This document shows, piece after piece, positions 28,150 to 39,200 of a stretch of DNA of 64,000 bases. Position numbers and translations under genes: made by a program. The notes beneath the pieces were generated by a model, which was not told where the DNA came from, ran no database searches, and was given only the letters and a program-made list of their open reading frames with translations. This DNA comes from a virus: the IMG/VR virus record IMGVR_UViG_3300010413_000013, positions 12,010 to 76,009 of that record, one strand, 5' to 3'. Position 1 is the stretch's first letter. Every line of letters begins with the position of its first letter.

Positions 28150-29060
28150 AACCCACTGCTTTGTTTTGTGCTGATTTACATATTAGACTACTTGCTCCAA
28201 AATGTAGAGAACAAGAAGAATTTGAAGAATCTATGTTTTCTAAACTAGGCCAATTAAATATATGGCAACATAGGTATAAAGTTCCTTTGGTAGTAGTAGG
28301 AGATGTGGGGAATATTCCTGAGTGGCCTAATATTCTTCTTACCAAAATGCTTCCTTACTGGTATCAAAGTGGTTGTAGAAGAATAGTAATACCGGGGCAG
28401 CATGATCTACCAGAACATAGATTAAATCAGTGGATGTTTGGAGCATTAGGATTATTACATGGAATAGGTGCTATAGAAGTAGTAATAGATAGAGAAGAGC
28501 ATGTAGTAAAATGGGGAGGAATCACTTTAACTTTCTCTGCTTGTCCTTATGGGGAAGATCCATTACACATTATGAAAGAGGGAATGCCAAATATTCTACT
28601 GATACACAAATTAATAATAGACGATCTGGAAGAGAAATATTTAGGTAGTACTACTACTACTGCTAGATCCATGCTAAATAAATTTACTGAATATGATTTA
28701 ATAGTATCTGGTGATAACCACAAACCTTTTGTAATGAAGAAGGGAAGAAGATTATTAGTAAATTGTGGTAGTATGATGCGAACTAGAATAGATCAAGTAG
28801 ATCACAAACCTAGAGCATACCTATGGTATGCAGAAACAAACACAATAGAGCCTCTATTCTTCAAAATAAAAAGAGATGTAATAAAAAAGGTATCAATCAG
28901 TGGAGGTAATTCAAAAGAAAGGATGAATACCTATGTCAAATATTTATCAAAGAAAGTAGACCTAAGTCTATCATATGAACACAACTTAAAACAAATACTA
29001 CTAAAAAACAAAACAGACAGAAAAGTAGAAAAAAAGATTTGGAGGTATGTAAATGGATAG
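28146..29060 (+). CDS. Mre11/SbcD-like metallophosphoesterase nuclease
   Basis: ADLH, VGD, PGQHD, GDNH, NCGS. Confidence 0.85.
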   Translation: MKPTALFCADLHIRLLAPKCREQEEFEESMFSKLGQLNIWQHRYKVPLVVVGDVGNIPEWPNILLTKMLPYWYQSGCRRIVIPGQHDLPEHRLNQWMFGALGLLHGIGAIEVVIDREEHVVKWGGITLTFSACPYGEDPLHIMKEGMPNILLIHKLIIDDLEEKYLGSTTTTARSMLNKFTEYDLIVSGDNHKPFVMKKGRRLLVNCGSMMRTRIDQVDHKPRAYLWYAETNTIEPLFFKIKRDVIKKVSISGGNSKERMNTYVKYLSKKVDLSLSYEHNLKQILLKNKTDRKVEKKIWRYVNG

Positions 29061-29289
29061 GACTGAAAAGCTACTACATCTTAAAGAAAAAATTACTTCT
29101 ATTGAAAAAAGAAAAGATAGACTAAAAGGTAGACTAGATTCCAATAACAAAGAACTATCAAAGATAGGATATAGAAATAACAAACATGCTAGAAAAGAAC
29201 TGAAGAAGCTAAAAGTATTGAGGGATGAATATATGAGGCTACTAAGAAAAGAAGAAGAAAAGATAGAAGAATATGACGATATCAATTGA
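29053..29289 (+). CDS. Small coiled-coil protein
   Basis: Coupled ORF with heptad character. Confidence 0.55.
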   Translation: MDRTEKLLHLKEKITSIEKRKDRLKGRLDSNNKELSKIGYRNNKHARKELKKLKVLRDEYMRLLRKEEEKIEEYDDIN

Positions 29290-29908
29290 ACACTACAAAG
29301 AGAGAATACAATTTCTAAAAGGAAAAGCAGCACAACTGCAAGAAGATTTGTTTTTACAAAATATAGAAAAAAGAAAGCTGAAGAAAGAATTAGACACGGC
29401 AAAAAAAGCACAAGCTATTATACAATATGCAGCACAAGCTACTCAAAAGAAAATAGAATATTCTATTAGTGAAATTACTTCTCTTTCTCTTTCTGCTGTA
29501 TTTGATAGACCATATAAATTCATCTGTAGGTTTAAAAAATTTGGAAGTAAAAGTACCCATTGTGATTTTCTATTTAGTGTAGATGGAGAAGAAATAGATC
29601 CTACATCTTCTGATTCTGGAGGTGCTTGCAACATTGCTGCTTTAGGTCTACTATGTACTATATACACTTTAACACAACCAAAGACTAGACCTATTTTATT
29701 TATAGAAGAACCATTCTTAGAATTAAAAGGAAGGAGGGCAAATATTAGAGGACTGAAATTGATAAACTTATTGAGTAGAAAACTCGGTATTCAATTCATT
29801 ATTATCAGTGATGAAAGAGTAGATATAAAATATATAAAGAAGTATTCAGATAAAGTGTTTAAAGCAACAATGGAAAAAGGAATATCTATCATAAAGGAAA
29901 TAAAATGA
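29273..29908 (+). CDS. Rad50/SbcC-like ATPase, C-terminal half
   Basis: Coiled coil, signature-like DSGG, Walker B ILFIEEP, QFIIIS. Confidence 0.75.
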   Translation: MTISIEHYKERIQFLKGKAAQLQEDLFLQNIEKRKLKKELDTAKKAQAIIQYAAQATQKKIEYSISEITSLSLSAVFDRPYKFICRFKKFGSKSTHCDFLFSVDGEEIDPTSSDSGGACNIAALGLLCTIYTLTQPKTRPILFIEEPFLELKGRRANIRGLKLINLLSRKLGIQFIIISDERVDIKYIKKYSDKVFKATMEKGISIIKEIK

Positions 29909-30369
29909 ACGATAAGTTTAAATATTCTGGATTTGTAGGAATGGAGTTTTCTACTATTAATAGAGTAGAAAAAGAACATTTGGAAAACTACATAAAAATG
30001 AGTACAGATAATAATCCAATACATTATAGTGATAGTGTAGCACAAAGAACAATCTTCAAAACGTGTATAGTACCGGGAGTAGTACTACTAGGATTTGTTG
30101 CTGGTTGTATCGAAAATAGTGCAAGATTGTTATTGAAAAACCACATTCCTATTATAAAAAACTTTGAAGCAAAGTTTATTAATCCTGCCCATTTTGGAGA
30201 TGTAATAAAAACAGATTTGCTTATTTCAAGCACAAAATATAATACGATAGGAGCATATATTTATTGTGGTTTATTAAAAACAAACAGGACAATATTAACA
30301 GTAGAAACTAATTTTAAACTAATAGAAGTAAAGGAGGAAAAAACAGAATGCCAATGCCAGATTTTATAG
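29905..30369 (+). CDS. MaoC-like hotdog-fold dehydratase
   Basis: STDNNPIH....A....F...IVPG, KFINPAHFGD. Confidence 0.75.
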   Translation: MNDKFKYSGFVGMEFSTINRVEKEHLENYIKMSTDNNPIHYSDSVAQRTIFKTCIVPGVVLLGFVAGCIENSARLLLKNHIPIIKNFEAKFINPAHFGDVIKTDLLISSTKYNTIGAYIYCGLLKTNRTILTVETNFKLIEVKEEKTECQCQIL

Positions 30370-30827
30370 AATGTTCTTGTGCAGTATGTGCTAAACAATG
30401 TAATTTTAGACCGGGATATTTTAAACCAGAAGAGATAGATAAGGTAGCAAAATATCTTAACATGGATGTAGAAACGGTTTTCTACTCCTTCCTTGCTGTA
30501 GATTGGGATGACAGAGAGGAACACAATGGAGAAGTAATATTTATTATTGCTCCAGCATTAAAAGATTCTCATACTGGAGTAGAGTATCCAGAGTATCCTT
30601 CTGGTGAATGTTCCTTCTATATGAATAAGACATGCACCATTTATCCTGTTAGACCTTTTGAATGTAGACTTTTCGATCACAGACTTTCACAAGATTACTA
30701 TAGAGAGAAGAGATTGGAAGTAGTTCAAAGCTGGAAGGGTAAAACAGAGATGATAGAAAAACTTCTTGGTAGACCTCCACAAGCAAAGACATTACATCTC
30801 CAAGATATAGTTAATCACTGGTGGTAG
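30348..30827 (+). CDS. YkgJ-family Cys-cluster (Fe-S/Zn) protein
   Basis: CAVCAKQC; CSFY...CTIYPVRPFECRLF. Confidence 0.75.
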   Translation: MPMPDFIECSCAVCAKQCNFRPGYFKPEEIDKVAKYLNMDVETVFYSFLAVDWDDREEHNGEVIFIIAPALKDSHTGVEYPEYPSGECSFYMNKTCTIYPVRPFECRLFDHRLSQDYYREKRLEVVQSWKGKTEMIEKLLGRPPQAKTLHLQDIVNHWW

Positions 30828-30836
30828 TCAACATAA

Positions 30837-30870
30837 ATCCCCTATGGTAAAAACATCTACCATAGGGGAT
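30837..30870. terminator. Hairpin at the convergence of the two gene blocks
   Basis: 13-bp stem ATCCCCTATGGTA/TACCATAGGGGAT. Confidence 0.65.
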
Positions 30871-30906
30871 AGACCAGTAGAGAAAACGGCAAAAAACTCC
30901 ACTGGA

Positions 30907-31068
30907 TTATTTAAGCTTGTTTAGTAATGTATCCGTTTTATCACTTTCTGCTTTAATTGCTTCTATTACTTCTGCTTCTGATTTACCACTAATCTGCTGG
31001 AGAAGTAAAATACCTAACAGCACTAGATCGGATGCTGTATTAATCATTTTTAATTTTTCATTATCCAT
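30907..31068 (-). CDS. Small protein in lysis module (53 aa, not in ORF track)
   Basis: MDNEKLKMINTASDLVLLGILLLQQ...; GGAGGTG RBS, overlaps the lipoprotein stop. Confidence 0.5.
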   Translation of the reverse strand: MDNEKLKMINTASDLVLLGILLLQQISGKSEAEVIEAIKAESDKTDTLLNKLK

Positions 31069-31396
31069 CGTTCACCTCCATCAGTATTTCTATAATAGCA
31101 TTTTTAATCTTGATCCAAGTCATAAGATCATTACCAAAATCATAATCTTCTCCTAACATTACTTCCCAACCATCCAACAAAGCATCTGCACTAGTGAATA
31201 GTTCCTTTGCTTTTATGTGTGTTTCCATTGGTATCTGATCTTGTACTATTAAATACTGCTCAATGAGTAGATTAAGTTCTGTTCTAGCTGCTAGATATTT
31301 CTTATCAGAAGTATTTAAAGCTGTTGTAGCACAACCTATCCCAAATAGTAGGAGGGCTGCTATAATAGCACTCTTATAAATCCAATTTCTTTTCAT
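31061..31396 (-). CDS. Lipoprotein in lysis cassette (spanin-like?)
   Basis: Signal peptide with lipobox LFGIG-C. Confidence 0.6.
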   Translation of the reverse strand: MKRNWIYKSAIIAALLLFGIGCATTALNTSDKKYLAARTELNLLIEQYLIVQDQIPMETHIKAKELFTSADALLDGWEVMLGEDYDFGNDLMTWIKIKNAIIEILMEVNDG

Positions 31397-31406
31397 AGTT
31401 TCCCTC

Positions 31407-31613
31407 CTACATAGTAATTTTCTTACTAGCTGTTACTCTTCCAATAATGGTTAAAACTACTCCAACAGCACCACCGATAGCAGTAGCAATATCTGCTAGG
31501 GTAATCTGGTCGTCTGCATTTAGAGTATATCCAAAACCAGAAAGAATAAGAGCTACCAACATAAAAATAGATCCCCAAATAGTTTTACTTGCATACCATT
31601 TTTTTGTATCCAT
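31407..31613 (-). CDS. Holin-like two-TM protein
   Basis: KKWYASKTIWG plus two hydrophobic helices, near the endolysin. Confidence 0.7.
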   Translation of the reverse strand: MDTKKWYASKTIWGSIFMLVALILSGFGYTLNADDQITLADIATAIGGAVGVVLTIIGRVTASKKITM

Positions 31614-31616
31614 GAT

Positions 31617-31955
31617 TTAATCTCCTTTTTCTTTTTTGTCTTTGATAAGTACTTTAAGCATTCCTTCTATGTTTGCTGTTTTTTCTCTCATATCAGCTAC
31701 ATCGTCTTTAATATCTTTTATATCGCCTTTCATTTCTTCTACACAATTATCTACATCTTGTTTTCTTTGGTGTATTGTTTCTTCGTTTTTTTGTACATCC
31801 TTCTTTAGTAGTTTTACTTGTTCATCAGCATCTACTGCTTTATTAAATACAAAAGCTGCCATAAATCCTAAAACAGTAAGCAAAGATCCCAAAGCTAGCT
31901 TTCTTATGAGAGGACCATAACCATTTACTACTTGTTTTATTCTGTTTTTTACCAC
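31617..31955 (-). CDS. TM + coiled-coil lysis-associated protein
   Basis: One TM segment then coiled coil, adjacent to the endolysin. Confidence 0.5.
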   Translation of the reverse strand: MVKNRIKQVVNGYGPLIRKLALGSLLTVLGFMAAFVFNKAVDADEQVKLLKKDVQKNEETIHQRKQDVDNCVEEMKGDIKDIKDDVADMREKTANIEGMLKVLIKDKKEKGD

Positions 31956-31975
31956 TTTACATTTTAGCCTCCTTT

Positions 31976-32416
31976 CTACTCTCTTAATTCAAAATGTGGT
32001 AGGTCATCAAAAGTTTGGTCATTTACTCTTCTATTCATGTTCCAATCAGCACCGTGTCTAATTTTTATTCCCATCTGTGCAGCTACTCCTAAGACAAAAC
32101 CACTGAAGTAATACCATTCTGCTAAATCTTTACTATATGTCTTCGTTCTATAATCAGGCCAAACTACATTTGGTCTATCTAGTCCCCAACATCTCCAAGG
32201 TACTACATCTACTGCTATAGAAGGTAGTTTGTTATGTGCGCTATTAGGCCAACGTACTTTACTTACTTCTCTTGGTAAAGCATTTTGCTCCTCCATAGTT
32301 CTATGTCCACATAAGACAGCACAATCCCAATGTTGTACTACTGTTTCAAATAGTAGTATCAGTGGTTGTCTACAAGTATAAAGTCTTTGTTTGCTTATTT
32401 TCCCAAAGTATGGCAT
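31976..32416 (-). CDS. Endolysin, peptidase M15 (L-Ala-D-Glu type)
   Basis: GHRTMEEQ, SAHN....AVD, GADW, DLPHFEL. Confidence 0.88.
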   Translation of the reverse strand: MPYFGKISKQRLYTCRQPLILLFETVVQHWDCAVLCGHRTMEEQNALPREVSKVRWPNSAHNKLPSIAVDVVPWRCWGLDRPNVVWPDYRTKTYSKDLAEWYYFSGFVLGVAAQMGIKIRHGADWNMNRRVNDQTFDDLPHFELRE

Positions 32417-32844
32417 TAGTCATCATCTTTTAATATAAGTATAGGTTTTATAAAATTTAATTCTATACCACTAATAGCAATTGGTAAGTCATCTAACGTT
32501 GCTTCTATTCTATTCACTGGTATTTCTACTTCTTCTTTAAGAAAAGAATCTAAATCTTCTGTATAAGCTCTTAAATCTTCTATACTGTACTGGTTCCCAT
32601 TTCTCAAAACTATTTCACCTTTATCATCCTTCTTGGCATGTCTTTTACTTAATTCATCTTTCAAAGTAGCAAACTTTTTATACTCCTCTTTCAAATATTC
32701 ACAAACTCTAAGTACTCTATTCAGTACTTTGGTATTTCTAAACTCTCTCTTTAGTAGAGATTGATAGACACCATGATTAATTAATTCTAAATGCTCATAT
32801 GTAACTTTTACTCTTTCTTCTTTAGCCGTTTGTTTTTTTGCCAT
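32416..32844 (-). CDS. Hypothetical protein downstream of the tail tip
   Basis: AAGGAG RBS. Confidence 0.6.
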   Translation of the reverse strand: MAKKQTAKEERVKVTYEHLELINHGVYQSLLKREFRNTKVLNRVLRVCEYLKEEYKKFATLKDELSKRHAKKDDKGEIVLRNGNQYSIEDLRAYTEDLDSFLKEEVEIPVNRIEATLDDLPIAISGIELNFIKPILILKDDD

Positions 32845-32856
32845 TTTAAAATCTCC

Positions 32857-35800
32857 TTATGCTGCTTTTAATAATTCTATCTCCTCTCTTAGTTCTTTTA
32901 TTTCATCGTGTAATTCCTGTACATATTTCACTGTATAGGCTATCTCTACTCCACTGTTTGTACAATATTCTGATTTTCCGTTTGGGTGTATTACTTCTCT
33001 TACTGCTTTATCTAATCCAACCTTCAACCATTCTTGTGCTGTTATACTTGCTATCACTTTATCAGGTAGTAGATCCATTGTATGATATTTAGGAGTTATA
33101 CTTCTCATTTTGTCTTTAATAGAATCTTGCATAGGTATAATATTTGCTTTTCTTCTTTCATCAGAGGTATCCCAATCTTGATAGACATAAGTATAACCAT
33201 CTCCTCTTACATACATTAATCCCGATTCACTTGAATTTTCTACTATAAGTGGATAATATGAAGAAGTAGCTCCTCTTGCTGTCGCTCTAAGAGTAACATA
33301 ATCATTATCACTACCTCCCCCGAAAACACAATTAAGAGCATAAACTCTATCCCAAGGATAACTACTAGTTCCTAAATATACAGCATCATCACTGTCTGGA
33401 TAAATACCACCATAACTACCACTTGGAGTATAGAAAAAATAAATATCCAAATCATTATCATGTAGAGCAACTAAAAACTGCGAAGTACTACCGGTCCAAG
33501 GATGTAAATATAAAAGAGAAGAGGTAGTAATTTCATCACTATAAAATGCCTGTATATAAAACTCTGCATTTAAATATGAAAACATATTTAAAGCACTATC
33601 AGTATTTGGATCATTCCAAACTATAACTGCTGGATCTGAAGCATCAGCAAGCATGGTAATGTCGCTTCCTGCTGTTAATGCCAAAGAAGAAACACCGTTT
33701 GATCCAATAGAAAGATATTCACTATTACCAATTTTAAAATATAAATTACCATCACCATCTATTAAACAATGTGCATAACTTTCATTTCCTATTGTTACTT
33801 CTTCTGTGGTTAAATCCAGATTGAAGTATAAAATTGCAGCAGTAGTATATCCTTGAATACCATTATTATTAATAATCATTCCACCGGGATCTGTATCAGA
33901 ATCTTGTCCAGAAGGATCTGCACTTGTTTTAATTACTCCACTAGTATAAACTTGTATCTCACACTCTTTAACATATCCATGAAAAATAGTAGCAGTACTT
34001 CCATCAATGGGAATATCCAGTGTAATACCATACAAATGATGTATCATTCTGATACCCATTGTTGGATCTAGTAAAATGTAATCCTGCCCACTACCCACTC
34101 TAAGGATACCGGGAAGTACTGCTGGAATACTACCAGAAGAAACGGTAGATTGACTACCAACTATCAAAGGTTGCCAAACTACCATTGTTCCATTTTGAGA
34201 AAGAGTAAGTCCTTGTGGTGCTAGATCTTCAAAATTATCTAAAGTCCATTTATAAATAGTAGCTTCTATCTTTAAAGAACAATCTTTATTTACTTCTATA
34301 CTATCTATTAATGCTTCGTATAAACCACCATACTTGGTATCATTGATAGTAACAAGTTCACCGGGTAGTAATCCTGTTCTATGTGGACCTAATACAAAGG
34401 TTATTTCTGCTTTTCTACCATACTTCCACTGATAGTAGAGCATCCCTAGCTTTTGAGCATTTACTGAATCATTAACAAAAGGAACTTCAAACAGATCACC
34501 AGAATATTCATTTGTATTTATTTTAGCAGGAACAGTAAATCTAGTTAGCTGATCTATTGGTTCATCTGTTTGTTGATAGGCAATGTCTCCACAATCATAA
34601 AAAACATCCTTGGTAAATAAAGAGTAGTCAAAAGTAGTATGCTTTTGTTCATTGCATTTTATATCTGCATCTGTTAAAGTAGCTTGTGAAGTAGTATCTA
34701 ATACTCTTAGTGTTATGTGTCCTTGGCAATAATCAAAAGCACAATGACATTGTGAAAGAAGATTTGCTATTAATTCTTTTCTATCTATTCTCTTCCAGAA
34801 ACCGTGATTCCATTCTAGATTCCATGCAGAACTATCAAATGTAGTAGCAGCATCAGAGAAATCTAATAGATGTCTAGGAATACCCATATCTACTAAGATA
34901 TACTCTAATACATCAGCAGGATTTGTTATAGATACAGTATCACTTCGACTAAACTTTACTAGTGCATCTTCTAACCAAGCACCATCACCTTTCCATAAAC
35001 CATTAGTAACAGGAGAAGCAGGAGGACTACTACTATCGCCAGTGGTAGGAACAAATTGGAAACATCTATAAGTTCCACCAGTATTCCCTGTTTCCGTAGT
35101 TTGATTAAATTCATATGTACCATTTTCCCATACTGAGTTTCCATACTTCCTAGGTGCTCTTACTTTGGTAACAGTATAGGTGGGACCAGAAGGACCGAGT
35201 AGATATCTTCTATCATTGCTGACAAAAACAGCACGAAGTGGAATATAAGCAGTACCAAATACTACTGGTACTATAGCACCATCATCTCTATTACCGTAGT
35301 CATTATCTTCTTCTGGAAATTCATTGGAAGTCAAAGGACTATTAGGCCACGTTCCTTTTAAGAACTTGTAAATATAATCTACACAATCAAATTTTAAAGT
35401 TTCTTCTACTGTCTGTGGAGTTACTTTTGCAGTAAGTAGAAATTCATAGAAGACATCTTCATTTGTTCCATCACTTAGGACTTGCCGAATCATTACTTTA
35501 CAAGCATCAAAGTCTTCTGGAGTTAGAGCATTATTTGGATTTACTACTGTAAAAGTACATCTAGAAGGTGCTTGTAAATCAAACTCACTCTTTGCTCTAG
35601 TCATTTTTGAGAAGTTAAAATCTTTAATCTTGGCAGTATAATTATGCCCATCATAAGCACAATTAGTAGTACTCCATCTATAAGTAGGTGTAGCAGGATA
35701 TCCAGAGGAGTCATCTGTCATAATCGCACCACCACCCACACCAAAGGTAACATCTGAATCACCTTGAAAAGCTACAGCTTGCCCACCAGCATATAAAGTA

Positions 35801-35877
35801 AATTCAAAAAGCCACTTTACTTCTAGATTTGGTTCAGTTAAAATAACTTCCTGTATGGAATCTAAATCAATAGTCAT
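32857..35877 (-). CDS. Tail tip/central fibre protein with C-terminal intramolecular chaperone (S74-like)
   Basis: Position after TMP/Dit; VPVVFG; TSDERRKANI autocleavage-type motif and terminal coiled coil. Confidence 0.7.
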   Translation of the reverse strand: MTIDLDSIQEVILTEPNLEVKWLFEFTLYAGGQAVAFQGDSDVTFGVGGGAIMTDDSSGYPATPTYRWSTTNCAYDGHNYTAKIKDFNFSKMTRAKSEFDLQAPSRCTFTVVNPNNALTPEDFDACKVMIRQVLSDGTNEDVFYEFLLTAKVTPQTVEETLKFDCVDYIYKFLKGTWPNSPLTSNEFPEEDNDYGNRDDGAIVPVVFGTAYIPLRAVFVSNDRRYLLGPSGPTYTVTKVRAPRKYGNSVWENGTYEFNQTTETGNTGGTYRCFQFVPTTGDSSSPPASPVTNGLWKGDGAWLEDALVKFSRSDTVSITNPADVLEYILVDMGIPRHLLDFSDAATTFDSSAWNLEWNHGFWKRIDRKELIANLLSQCHCAFDYCQGHITLRVLDTTSQATLTDADIKCNEQKHTTFDYSLFTKDVFYDCGDIAYQQTDEPIDQLTRFTVPAKINTNEYSGDLFEVPFVNDSVNAQKLGMLYYQWKYGRKAEITFVLGPHRTGLLPGELVTINDTKYGGLYEALIDSIEVNKDCSLKIEATIYKWTLDNFEDLAPQGLTLSQNGTMVVWQPLIVGSQSTVSSGSIPAVLPGILRVGSGQDYILLDPTMGIRMIHHLYGITLDIPIDGSTATIFHGYVKECEIQVYTSGVIKTSADPSGQDSDTDPGGMIINNNGIQGYTTAAILYFNLDLTTEEVTIGNESYAHCLIDGDGNLYFKIGNSEYLSIGSNGVSSLALTAGSDITMLADASDPAVIVWNDPNTDSALNMFSYLNAEFYIQAFYSDEITTSSLLYLHPWTGSTSQFLVALHDNDLDIYFFYTPSGSYGGIYPDSDDAVYLGTSSYPWDRVYALNCVFGGGSDNDYVTLRATARGATSSYYPLIVENSSESGLMYVRGDGYTYVYQDWDTSDERRKANIIPMQDSIKDKMRSITPKYHTMDLLPDKVIASITAQEWLKVGLDKAVREVIHPNGKSEYCTNSGVEIAYTVKYVQELHDEIKELREEIELLKAA

Positions 35878-36278
35878 TATGATACATAGCCTAACACTTT
35901 AAATTTGATAGAAACAGAATGGGCATATCTACCAAAACTCCTTGGGAGTCTTCCAACAAACTTTACTACATATGTATTTCCATCATAATGTGTCCACTGA
36001 ATACTTCTTGCTGTCCCATTAGCTTTACTGCTATTATGATAGAACTCCATTATAGTACCAGCATCAGCAGCCGACATATGATCCCACCGCAAAGTAGCAA
36101 AAAATATAGAAGCATTAGACAAGGCTATACTACTTTCAGATCCATCATCATATTCATGGGTAATTATATTTTTATAACCTTCTTCTTCTATTACTTCTTG
36201 TGGTTGTAGAGTTAGAGTATCACCAGTATAATCTGCCGTATCAGCAGATAAATAATCTTTCATAGTCTTTGCTGCCAT
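35877..36278 (-). CDS. Distal tail-like protein
   Basis: Small gene immediately after the tape measure gene. Confidence 0.5.
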   Translation of the reverse strand: MAAKTMKDYLSADTADYTGDTLTLQPQEVIEEEGYKNIITHEYDDGSESSIALSNASIFFATLRWDHMSAADAGTIMEFYHNSSKANGTARSIQWTHYDGNTYVVKFVGRLPRSFGRYAHSVSIKFKVLGYVS

Positions 36279-36289
36279 ACTTTCGCCTC

Positions 36290-39200
36290 TTATAGATTAG
36301 GGTTTGTTTCTTTTTGACTTGCTATTGCATCAGCAATTACTTTACTATCAAGTTGGACTATTACTCTATACTCTCCGTCTACCATTTGTACAGGTATTCC
36401 ATCTCTTCTCATTTCTGCTACAATTCTTTCTGCTAAATCCTGATTATCATCAATGGAGCCTACTTCTACTTGTACTTGTTTAATAGCATCCAAACCAGCT
36501 TGATAGATATCCTTATATTGTGCTTCATCAGCAGCAAATTGTTTCATAAAAGGTAGATAACTATTTTCAAAGTAGGAGTAGAGTTTATCCAATCCTTCAG
36601 CATTCTGAGTAGTAGACAACATCCTTTCAAAAATACCTCTAATGTTTTGGGTAGTCTGTACTGGTGCTAAATCAGAAGTACTAAGTCTATCTTTAAAATC
36701 TTGGAAACCTTTTCCAATATCTGCCATAGTATCAAGGAAACCTTCAGACAGTGTATCAGAATATGCTTCTATTACTCTCCTAATTGCTTCCGGTTCTCTT
36801 GCTCTAATGTTATTTAGTTCTTGTGTGCTTCCTCCTAGTTCTTTCATTGTTTCTATAAAACTATCAAACTGATTTTCTACACCTTCTATAGCAGATTCTA
36901 AAGCAGTAGAATCTCCAAGTAGGGACTTCATGTAATAAACAACATCAGTAAACACATTTCTTCTCTTTTGTGCATACAATGCTGTTAATTTGTTAGCTGC
37001 TGTAGTTCTTTGTAAGTCTACAGTTGCTATCAAAGAAGAAGCAGCACCAAGTTCTTTCAATCTCTCTATTGCATTATCAAAAGTATCTGTCATACTTGAA
37101 AAAGCTGCTTCTTCTTCATTTTGTACTCTTCCTAAATTTCTAGTGTATTTAGTAATATCTTCGTAAGTACTTTGAATATTTTTAAAATTTATTCTAGCTG
37201 CTTCTGCTGCTCTGGCTGCTTCTGCTTGTGCTAGTTCTGCTGCTCTCCTTGCTTGTTCTGCTCTAAGTTGTGCTTCTCTTGCTCTAGCTTCTGCTTCTGC
37301 TTTCCTTGCTGCTTCTTGCTGTTCTATATATCCATAGTAAGAATCTAACGAAGATATCATTCCCAATAAAGAAGTATAAGTTTGTCTACCAGCATTACTT
37401 GTAAGATCCAACGTCTTTATAAGTTTAACAAACTCTTCTCTAGTTCTTGGCAATGCTAGACCAAGATCGTTAAAAGCATGATGTATTTCTGTAGACTGTA
37501 AGCTAAATCTTTGTGTATCAGTTAAAAAGACATTTACAAAGTTATCTACTGAAGCAGCTAATTCATCAAAACCTCCAGCAGCAGCAATTAGGTTAGAAGC
37601 ATCTACATAGCCTAGACTTCTTCCCTTTATTCCTGTACTTCTTACCATCTCATTTACATTAGTAGTAACAAATACTCTTCTTACTTGTTCATAGGCACTA
37701 TTAAATACTGCTATCATATCCTTCTGCACCATCTCTGCCCATTGGGTAGCTTGTGCATCCAGATCACCTTGTAGATCTAGCTTCATCCCCTTAGTACTAA
37801 ATTCTATATTACTACCAGCTAACTTATCTTTTAACATATCTCCAAATTCATCTGGCAATGCAGCTATAGTTTGATCTGCAAGCTGGTAGACTTCCTCTGC
37901 TGCTGCATTTACTATATCATGTAATGCTTCTGCTCCCTGTACTTGCCAAGAATCTTCTGCCCACCTATCCTTATGCCACTGTACAGTACCGGATAGTAAA
38001 TCACTACCCCACTTCTCTGTTCTGTTCTCTGTAAATGGACCTATAGTAGTATTTGGTTTTCCTCCACCACCAAACAAAGAACCAAGAAGACCACCTCCTA
38101 AAGATCCTAAAAAGCTACCAATGCCGGGAAGTATTGCTGATCCTATAGCACCACCGATAGAAGCACCAAGATCAGCAAAGCTGTCTTCTTTGAAGATTCC
38201 TAATGCTTGTCCTATTTTTCCTACTCCAAAACCCATTCCCAAACCAGTAAAACCGTCTAGTATTTTTCCACTCAAACCTAGTAGATCACCTAGACCATTC
38301 AACATATTCTTTCCAGTACTCCACAGATTCCCACCAAAAGAAATTATATCAGTCCAAAGTCCTTTAAGTCCACCTCCTATTGCTCCTAATAATCCACCAC
38401 TAGCCCATCCACCAGTGATACCACCAGTAAGACCACCAAGCAAACCTTGGAAGATATTCATTTGACTACTAGCTGCTGCCATTTCTGCAAGTGTTCTAAT
38501 GAAGTAATCCAACATCCTATCAGCAAAATCTTCAAATGTGTTTAACTGCCCTCTAAAAATATCATAGTAGACATCTGCTGTAGCATTCTGCACTCTTTCT
38601 AAAAATATTTTATTCGCTATATCACAGTTTTCTAGAGTTTCCTCATACTTCATTCCTACATTTACTTCTATATCTTCACTCATTGCCTCTGTAGTTCTTT
38701 CAAAAGATGCTTCTACATCTTTAAATCCTGCTTCTGGAAAGAATGCTTCTTGAACACTCTTCTGTAAATCTGTACTAAATTTAATATCACTAAGAGTAGG
38801 AATTTTTAATTCAAAACTATCAAGATCTTTAATGATGTTACTAATCTCCTTACCTGCAACTTCTGCTTCTTCTCCTACACCTTTTAAAGAGTCTTCCAAA
38901 TCATCTAAGGAAGAAGAAAAACGATCTGTTTGTAGAGATGCTTCTTTAAAGAAACCACCAAGTAATATTCCCTTTGCTTCATCACCAAACTTGATATCGG
39001 CTAGTGTTTGCGTTTGTACTGCAACATTTTCTAAACCATCTGCAACAGCATTAAAAGTATTTGCTACTTCTTCTGCACTTTCAGCCATAGTCTTTACTGG
39101 CTTTGCTTCTTTTAGTTGTTCTCTCAATACTGATAATTTCTTTTGTAATTCCCCTATTCTTTTTTCATCTTCTTCAATAGGAACACCAAATACCCACCTC

